From Nanobdellota archaeon (GTDB lineage Archaea > Nanobdellota > Nanobdellia > Pacearchaeales > GW2011-AR1): 64,000 nt of DNA. The notes beneath the pieces were generated by a model. That model worked only from the letters and a program-made list of their open reading frames with translations. It had not been told where the DNA came from and did not search any database. The stretch covers positions 44,506 to 108,505 of the forward strand of contig JBBSXO010000006.1 of the NCBI GenBank assembly GCA_038045705.1. Direction: 5' to 3'. A program made the position numbers and the translations under genes. This document shows positions 58,027 through 64,000 of the stretch, in pieces (within the stretch, counting starts at the first letter, position 1; every line of letters starts with the position of its first letter).

Positions 58027-58271
58027 TCTTTCACCTCAAAATTCCATTGCTTTTGCTTTATGTTGACTCTTTCGTATTCGCTTTCTATTCCTTTCTTTTG
58101 TTTTGTAAGAGGGTTACCTACTATTTCCTGCTGAACCAGCTCCCTTAGTTTTTGGTGAATGCTTTTGTTCTCGGCTTCACATATCTTCATAATATTAGCA
58201 AATTCAGAGCGGTAGAGCTTAGTTGAAACTACTCTTCTACCTTCACCTCTTGTAATGGAGTCATTTGACAT
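58023..58271 (-). CDS. small DNA-binding protein (RHH-like) downstream of hsdR
   Basis: 82 aa. VVSTKLYRSEFANIMKICEAENKSIHQKLRELV fits a beta-strand plus helix-helix pattern. Confidence 0.3.
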   Translation of the reverse strand: MSNDSITRGEGRRVVSTKLYRSEFANIMKICEAENKSIHQKLRELVQQEIVGNPLTKQKKGIESEYERVNIKQKQWNFEVKE

Positions 58272-58355
58272 GCTAATAATCTGATACCTAACTATTTAAA
58301 TTTTACGATAAATCGGTAGACCGATTTTCTAGATATAATATGAGTTATACCTCAA

Positions 58356-61100
58356 TTATCGCCATTTGAGTTTATTACATTTTTCAACGATTTTCTCCAG
58401 TTGCTCTCGGCTAAACTTGTCCAAAGGTCTCTCTTCAGTAAGAGGATGTTTTGCAAGGTCTTTGAGGGTTATGTGTTTTGTACGGACAAAAACCTCTCTT
58501 AGAAGCCTTAGGAACTTTATTTGGTCTGAGTTATAATGTTGGTTTCTGTCTAAAATATATTTATCAAACTCATTCTTTATCATCTGCTCTGGGTCAGGCA
58601 AGTCTCGTATCCCAATTACTTGACGAATAAATAAAATAAAGTCAATCTTTATGATATTCTGGATATTTTCTATTGTCCATGCTGGGTTAAGGCTAGAAAG
58701 CTTCTTTTCTATTTCTAGAATTTCCTGCGCCGTTACTCCTTCCCCATTCCTTATTTTTTTAATGAGATGATCGTGCTCAATAAACTCTGTCAAATCTTTA
58801 TTCTCTTTTATTTCATGTTTCAACTGTTCAACTTTAAGCACTACATCAGGGGCGTCTACTCGCAACATTTTCTTTCGTTCTGAATCATAGTAAATCATAA
58901 GGGGAGATATCTCGCGTATAAGAAAATCAACATCCTCAAAGCTTAAGTCTTCCCAAAAAGTCTCTTGCATGACCCTCTTCATATCATTGCTCTTTGCTTG
59001 AATAACTTCAAGTCCTTTTTCCCATACATTTTGGACTCGTTCTTCAACAAATTCACGAATATTCCAGATTTTGTCTTTGTTATTATCTTGAATTGCTCTA
59101 AATAGTTTTACGCATTGCGAAACAAAGGCATAAACTTTTGAGTTTTCAGATTGAGAATACATCAGAAGCGGAGCAATATCATTTCTTAACTCTTTGATAT
59201 GATCTTTAAGATCGAATCTTTCCGAGACTACCTTTCTTATTATTGGTAACTTTTCTATAACTGCTGGAGATTCCATATCTATTAACCTTACAGTATCGCG
59301 TATTTCTTTTTCTATAATCTTTACTTGCTTCTGCTCTAGTTTCTTTTCAAGAAGATCAACTTGTTCTAGGAAAATTCTTGTTTTTGAGTCTATGACATCT
59401 GCTTTATTTTTAGTTCTGTCAAGTTGGTGAAATACTACATTGGAATGGTCTCCAAATTTAAAGTCTAAAATCAAAAAACTTTCTTTAATGGCTTGCCCAT
59501 CTTTTGAGGGTAACCAATCTTTATGTTTACACGCTTCTAAGTTTCTCGTTCCTCTTCCCAACATCTGCCAAAATCTTATGGGTGAAAAGACTGGTTTAAC
59601 AAATACTAGGTTGCAAATTTCTGGAATGTCTACTCCTGTATCTAGAACTCCAACAGATAAAACTATTCTTGGTTCAGAATCTTTTTCAAATCGCTTCACT
59701 TCATCCATATATCTCGTCCTATCTGAAGTTATCACTCTGACCTCTTTTGCAAGAGTAGGATAGAGCCTATCAAAAATAGTCTTTAATGACTCCGCATGTT
59801 TAACACTTGCACAGAAAAATATTGTTTTGCATGGTTGCCCGTCATCAGACTTATAACATCTATCAATAAACTCATTAATAATTAGTTCGTTTGTTTTAGC
59901 ATCAGTAAAATATTTTTCAAATCTCCCTCCTGGTAGCTCTATTTTTTCTGGGTCTTCTTCTTGTTCTTTTAAGATTTGTTTTAATTCTTTGGTTAATTTT
60001 GAACCTTCTATACCTAAGGATAAAACTCTAGTCTCTATTATATCTGCTACATATGGGGCAAGAACTCCTTCATTAACTGCGGTATCATAATCATATTTTA
60101 CCGTAGGTTTCTTATCTTCACAGTCAAATAGTTTGAACGTGTCTCGACTATCTTCTTTTGAAGGGGTAGCAGTAAGACCTAACCTGATACAATCAAAATA
60201 ACTAAAGAGAATATTGTTCGAATCATAAAAAGACCTATGTGCTTCATCAAATACAATTAAGTCAAAGAAACCTACGCCAAATTTCTCGTACATTGGTCTT
60301 TTCTTTTTATTATCGCTATTGGTCAAAGTTTGCACTGTGGAAACGTAGAGTCTCGCGCTGTCTGAGAATCCTTCAAAGTTTAATTCACACACTGGCTCAT
60401 TAAAAAAACTTTTGAACCCTTTCTCTTTGGCTTGATTTGCAAGTGAAATTCTATCAACTACAAATAAAACATTTTGAACATGGTCTGATTTTATCAAAGC
60501 ATCAATTACTGCCATAGCCACTCTTGTTTTACCAGTTCCTGTTGCCATATTAACTAGAGCAGAACGATGATTTTTTGAAAAGTGCTCTAAAATCTGCTTA
60601 ACTATCTCAACATTTCTTGGGCGGTCAACTATTTTAGTATTAATTTTAACTTTTACTGGGTCTTTTTCATGTTCATATAAATGTTGTCTTCTTTGAAGAT
60701 CTTTTTGAGTAAACGGTAAAAGAACTTTTCTTTTACATTCCTTTTGGTCTACGAAGTACCACGAATCCCCATTAGTAAGAAATATTGCTATCTTTTTACC
60801 AGTCTGTTTTTCAATGTCTTTTTGATATGATCTCGCTTGGATCTCACCTTTTTCAATACTAACAGACGTCTTCTTAGCTTCAATTACTGCTAGAGGAGAA
60901 TAATCTTCATCTAATAGTAAGTAGTCTATGAATTTATCAACTCCCCTCTCAATATTACTTTTGTCATTTGTATATTCTTTAGTCTTAAAATTAGACTTCA
61001 CACAGTTAACTTCTTCTTTTATGTATTCTTTTACCCAACCAGTTCTTTTCAAGAGTGGGTCTATCTTTTCTTTTCTAGTTTCTGCTTCTGATAATTGCAT
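58356..61100 (-). CDS. hsdR: Type I restriction enzyme endonuclease/helicase subunit
   Basis: N-terminal TRKEKIDPLLKRTGW and PD-(D/E)xK (DYLLLDEDYSPLAVIEAKK). Helicase motif I MATGTGKT and motif II VFDEAHRS. Length 914 aa. Confidence 0.75.
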   Translation of the reverse strand: MQLSEAETRKEKIDPLLKRTGWVKEYIKEEVNCVKSNFKTKEYTNDKSNIERGVDKFIDYLLLDEDYSPLAVIEAKKTSVSIEKGEIQARSYQKDIEKQTGKKIAIFLTNGDSWYFVDQKECKRKVLLPFTQKDLQRRQHLYEHEKDPVKVKINTKIVDRPRNVEIVKQILEHFSKNHRSALVNMATGTGKTRVAMAVIDALIKSDHVQNVLFVVDRISLANQAKEKGFKSFFNEPVCELNFEGFSDSARLYVSTVQTLTNSDNKKKRPMYEKFGVGFFDLIVFDEAHRSFYDSNNILFSYFDCIRLGLTATPSKEDSRDTFKLFDCEDKKPTVKYDYDTAVNEGVLAPYVADIIETRVLSLGIEGSKLTKELKQILKEQEEDPEKIELPGGRFEKYFTDAKTNELIINEFIDRCYKSDDGQPCKTIFFCASVKHAESLKTIFDRLYPTLAKEVRVITSDRTRYMDEVKRFEKDSEPRIVLSVGVLDTGVDIPEICNLVFVKPVFSPIRFWQMLGRGTRNLEACKHKDWLPSKDGQAIKESFLILDFKFGDHSNVVFHQLDRTKNKADVIDSKTRIFLEQVDLLEKKLEQKQVKIIEKEIRDTVRLIDMESPAVIEKLPIIRKVVSERFDLKDHIKELRNDIAPLLMYSQSENSKVYAFVSQCVKLFRAIQDNNKDKIWNIREFVEERVQNVWEKGLEVIQAKSNDMKRVMQETFWEDLSFEDVDFLIREISPLMIYYDSERKKMLRVDAPDVVLKVEQLKHEIKENKDLTEFIEHDHLIKKIRNGEGVTAQEILEIEKKLSSLNPAWTIENIQNIIKIDFILFIRQVIGIRDLPDPEQMIKNEFDKYILDRNQHYNSDQIKFLRLLREVFVRTKHITLKDLAKHPLTEERPLDKFSREQLEKIVEKCNKLKWR

Positions 61101-61144
61101 AAACTTATTAACAAACCATTATATAAAAAACTATCAGCAAGAAC

Positions 61145-61459
61145 TTAAGAATCCGAATTATCCTTTATCTTTCCCAACAACAGAAAAATGGGCACAACAC
61201 CTCTCTTTTCTAACTCTTCCATTATTTTCTTAGATTCCTTTGAAGAACGGTTGTAAAACATAGTGTAGCCAAAGCTACCTCTTTTTTCTCTTAATTGAGG
61301 GAATATATCTATAATTTCTTTTTGTAATTGAATAACATTCCAAGACCCTAGACCTTCCTTATAAGAAAGTTTACCACTTATTTTGATTGTTTCTTTTGGT
61401 TCTAAATAGGATAAATTTTCAGGCAACAGTTCTTTTGAGTCTGATAATATCCTTTTCAT
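61145..61459 (-). CDS. conserved small protein, copy 2 (paralog of 45314-45628)
   Basis: 104 aa, about 80% identical to copy 1, in inverted orientation. Confidence 0.4.
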   Translation of the reverse strand: MKRILSDSKELLPENLSYLEPKETIKISGKLSYKEGLGSWNVIQLQKEIIDIFPQLREKRGSFGYTMFYNRSSKESKKIMEELEKRGVVPIFLLLGKIKDNSDS

Positions 61460-61514
61460 AAACAGACTAACCCTTTAGTTTATATTAAGGCTGGCTTCAC
61501 GAATTCATCAAAAA

Positions 61515-61922
61515 CTATTTCTTAAGAATTTTGGCTAGTTTTTCTTTGAATTCTTGCACGTCCTTAAAATCAAAAGTTTCATCAGCCATGCCTTTAAGCA
61601 TAAACCCTCTTCCGTCTGGACCTGATGCTACAATGACTTTCTTACCTAATCCTTTCATCATCCCACTTTCTATTAACAAACCTTCTCCCTTTTCCTGAGT
61701 TTCTATTATTGAGATAATCGCATCACACTTTTTCATTTGTTCAAATGCCTTTTTCATTATTTCTTTAGGTTCCATTCCCCCTGGCTTCCACTGTTGCATA
61801 TCTCTTACAAAAATAAATGTTTTATGTCCTAAATCTTCAATAACTTTAGAAACCTCTTCTAAGCGTTTCTTTAAGATTGTGAAATCTACTCCGCTCAACT
61901 TATAGGCTATGTATATTTTCAT
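61515..61922 (-). CDS. nucleoside 2-deoxyribosyltransferase-like (flavodoxin-like fold) protein
   Basis: 135 aa. Hydrophobic MKIYIAYKLSG N-terminus, DAIISI...EKGEGLLIESGMMKGLGKKVIV. The pattern resembles the PF05014/PF15891 nucleoside N-glycosidase/transferase family. Confidence 0.4.
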   Translation of the reverse strand: MKIYIAYKLSGVDFTILKKRLEEVSKVIEDLGHKTFIFVRDMQQWKPGGMEPKEIMKKAFEQMKKCDAIISIIETQEKGEGLLIESGMMKGLGKKVIVASGPDGRGFMLKGMADETFDFKDVQEFKEKLAKILKK

Positions 61923-63175
61923 TTTATTGCTCCTCTTCTTTGAAGATTGAACTGTTCATATGCTTTTCGGACGTAATCATCCAGTTCTTCCATAGGCATT
62001 CCATTCAGAGAATGGATATTCATAACATGATATTTAACATGTTCTCCACCTGTCTTAAATTGATGATATGTATCTAAGGTTTCTGGAGTAAATCCTTTTG
62101 TTAACATATCTGAATATAATCTAGTGCCAGGAAATGCTCTAACTACCATGAATCTTGCATCAGAAGCTTCAAGATCTAAGGCAAATCTTATTGTATCTTC
62201 TATTTCATCTTTTGTTTCAGTAGGATATCCAATAGTAAAGAATCCCTTGCTTTCAATTCCTAATTCTCTACATTTTCTAAAAACTGCTTTAGTATGCTCT
62301 GTGTCTTGGCTTTTTCCTATATACTTTAGTATACGAGGAGTTGCAGACTCTACTCCAAATGCTAGCTTGTAGCACCCTGCTGCTTTCATTTCTTCAAGTA
62401 ACTTTTCATCTAAGTTATCTGTTCTGCATAAAGCTCTCCAACCTACTCTAACTTCTCTTCTTGCAAGACCATCTGCAAGCTCTCTTACTCTATCTTTAGA
62501 ATAATTAAACAAATCATCAATAAAGTGTATTCTTCTTACTCCGCTTTGTTGTAGGGCTTCAATTTCATCAATAACGTTTTCCACAGATCTTGCCCTCATT
62601 TTTCTTCCGTTAATTGTTGGAACAGAACAATAAGCACAACTAAACTTGCATCCTCTAGCAGTACTCATAGAAGCTTCTTTTCCATACTTTGTGGGATAGG
62701 GATCATTTGAGAATAAACTTCTGTCTACAAATGGAAGACTATCAAGATCATGTGCAACTCCTCCGTGAACTATCCCCCTTGGAGCGTTTCTAAGTATACT
62801 AGGTAAAACATCTTCGGCTTCTCCAGTAACTATGGTATAATCTCCTCTAATTCTTTCAGGTTGTAATGTAGCTTGAGGTCCTCCAACTAATTTAACTGGA
62901 GCTTCAATTTGATCTATTATTCCAAGAGATAATTGATGATTTGTTGAGAAGACATTGATACCTACTCTTTTTGGATTCATTGCAGAAACTCTTTCGACTA
63001 TTTCTGCTGGGCTAAGTTTTTCAGCTTCTGCGTCAACTATTGTTGAGTCATAACCCAATCTTCTAGCAATTGTAGCTAAATAACCTAAACCTATTGGAGC
63101 AGTTGTGAAATAATAAGGTTTATTCTCTCTTTCATATTCTTGTAATGGACTGTTAATTAATACTAAATCTGTCAT
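61919..63175 (-). CDS. B12-binding-domain radical SAM enzyme (class B-like)
   Basis: N-terminal B12-binding-like domain (LVLINSP...APIGLGYLATIARRLGYDSTIVDAE), then ARGCKFSCAYCSVP (CxxxCxxC). Confidence 0.7.
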   Translation of the reverse strand: MTDLVLINSPLQEYERENKPYYFTTAPIGLGYLATIARRLGYDSTIVDAEAEKLSPAEIVERVSAMNPKRVGINVFSTNHQLSLGIIDQIEAPVKLVGGPQATLQPERIRGDYTIVTGEAEDVLPSILRNAPRGIVHGGVAHDLDSLPFVDRSLFSNDPYPTKYGKEASMSTARGCKFSCAYCSVPTINGRKMRARSVENVIDEIEALQQSGVRRIHFIDDLFNYSKDRVRELADGLARREVRVGWRALCRTDNLDEKLLEEMKAAGCYKLAFGVESATPRILKYIGKSQDTEHTKAVFRKCRELGIESKGFFTIGYPTETKDEIEDTIRFALDLEASDARFMVVRAFPGTRLYSDMLTKGFTPETLDTYHQFKTGGEHVKYHVMNIHSLNGMPMEELDDYVRKAYEQFNLQRRGAIK

Positions 63176-63763
63176 TTAATCTCCCATTAACTCCAAATTT
63201 ATTACAATATTATCTACTGTTCTCTTAGGTTTCTTTCCTTCATTTAACAGACCTTTATTTTTTAGATGAGTCAAATAGGTTGAAACTGTGCTTAATTTTA
63301 TGCCACTTTTATTAGCAATATCAAGACTTGTATTTTCCCCATCGCATAATTTTAATATTTGTAGTTTGATTTTATTAAGTGGTTTAATCTGTTTACTAAA
63401 TTCTTCATGTCTTGAGACAAACATACTTTTCTTCTGATTCTTTATCTCTATTTTTGTTGCAAGATCGTTAATCCTATCGAAATAAGAATAAAATTCATTC
63501 GCTAAAAATTCTATGAACTGCTTATAATTTAATTTCTCATTTAACTCAATTTTACTATTGACTTTAGAGAGTACTTCTACTAAATCTTCAATTTCTTTTC
63601 TTTCTGGTAACTTTCCACCATAGTTTGAATCTATTATCTGCTTAATTGTTTCAACAGACATACCCATAGAAGGAATAATCTTTTGTTTTTGATGCATGAT
63701 TACAGGAACATTTGTAACAAATAAAGGAGCAGGTGGAGAATAGAATGAATTTAATTTAAGCAC
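63176..63763 (-). CDS. winged-helix transcriptional regulator
   Basis: C-terminal LCDGENTSLDIANKSGIKLSTVSTYLTHLKNKGLL HTH. The preceding region is helical. Confidence 0.4.
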   Translation of the reverse strand: MLKLNSFYSPPAPLFVTNVPVIMHQKQKIIPSMGMSVETIKQIIDSNYGGKLPERKEIEDLVEVLSKVNSKIELNEKLNYKQFIEFLANEFYSYFDRINDLATKIEIKNQKKSMFVSRHEEFSKQIKPLNKIKLQILKLCDGENTSLDIANKSGIKLSTVSTYLTHLKNKGLLNEGKKPKRTVDNIVINLELMGD

Positions 63764-64000
63764 GTGATCTATATCTCTTTTGAAAACCTTGAACCTTTCA
63801 GAAGTAAGATAATGTGTTGGCTGACTATTGCATATCTCTGGAGCTATTTCTTGTAAGTAAATAGAGATTAGATAGTCAATAATAATATAATTTAATTTTG
63901 AAAGGCTTATTTCCCCAAATGGGGTATAATTAATAGAGAAACCCTTACTAATTTGTTCTAAATTGATTAAAGATAAAATCTTTTGATAAATCTTAGAAGT

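Larger units (their letters stand above)
50748..64000. mobile_element. second integrated element (partial; open at window end): integrase plus Type I R-M with embedded genes plus radical SAM/nucleoside cluster
   Basis: A paralogous integrase begins 163 bp after the attR repeat. The cargo is typical accessory content. A distal repeat was not found within the window. Confidence 0.35.

Noticed and set aside
1-64000. CRISPR arrays or rRNA genes
   Set aside because: I found no regularly spaced short direct repeats and no long GC-rich structured regions typical of rRNA. The only GC-rich islands are two tRNAs, the att repeats and one hairpin.

Overview
Structure of the window. The DNA is AT-rich and looks archaeal. 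Bases 1 to about 21000 read as ordinary chromosome; everything downstream of a tRNA-Asp gene reads as horizontally acquired DNA. The archaeal assignment rests on an archaeal-type ribosomal protein S10 (RGPIPLPTR...MRVHKR), PRC-barrel proteins and tRNA architecture. The many large secreted N/S/T-rich proteins suggest a DPANN-like small-genome archaeon; that is inference.

Core region (1 to about 21000): FAD oxidoreductase, two PRC-barrel proteins, DedA membrane protein, VOC/glyoxalase protein, a short Fic protein, tRNA-Ser(GGA), a bacterial-type dTMP cassette (tmk-folA-thyA), NDH-2-like flavoprotein, ribosomal S10, a P2-type cation ATPase, a MazEF-like toxin-antitoxin pair, a Kef-type antiporter with an RCK domain, the rhodanese enzyme TrhO, and a cupredoxin.

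Integrated element (21079 to 50747, about 29.7 kb). tRNA-Asp(GTC) sits at 21007-21078 and a tyrosine integrase follows directly. The 13-bp 3' end of the tRNA (CCGGGACGGGCGT) recurs exactly at 50735-50747, so the interval is bounded by direct repeats. It carries:
- an RHH protein and an orphan MT-A70 N6-adenine methyltransferase;
- a conjugation-like module (pilin-like, VirB6-like and VirB3-like membrane proteins, and a VirB4/TrbE-like ATPase with a C-terminal nuclease-like extension);
- six consecutive secreted surface proteins, one a 1016-aa PHP-phosphoesterase/Cys-rich fusion;
- a secreted HExxH metalloprotease;
- a visibly more GC-rich nucleotide-enzyme cluster (Nudix, APH-like kinase, two histidine phosphatases, AbrB/PhoU-like regulator, MoaA-like radical SAM enzyme, DUF2064 nucleotidyltransferase-like, P-loop dNK-like kinase, CYTH);
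- defense-like genes (DUF4238, HNH).

Second element (from 50748, open at the window end). A second, paralogous integrase follows the direct repeat. It carries a complete Type I R-M system whose hsdR, hsdS and hsdM are interrupted by five unknown embedded genes. After that comes a second partial copy of the nucleotide cluster: a paralogous 104-aa protein, a nucleoside 2-deoxyribosyltransferase-like protein, a B12-binding radical SAM enzyme and a wHTH regulator.

Not found: CRISPR arrays and rRNA genes.
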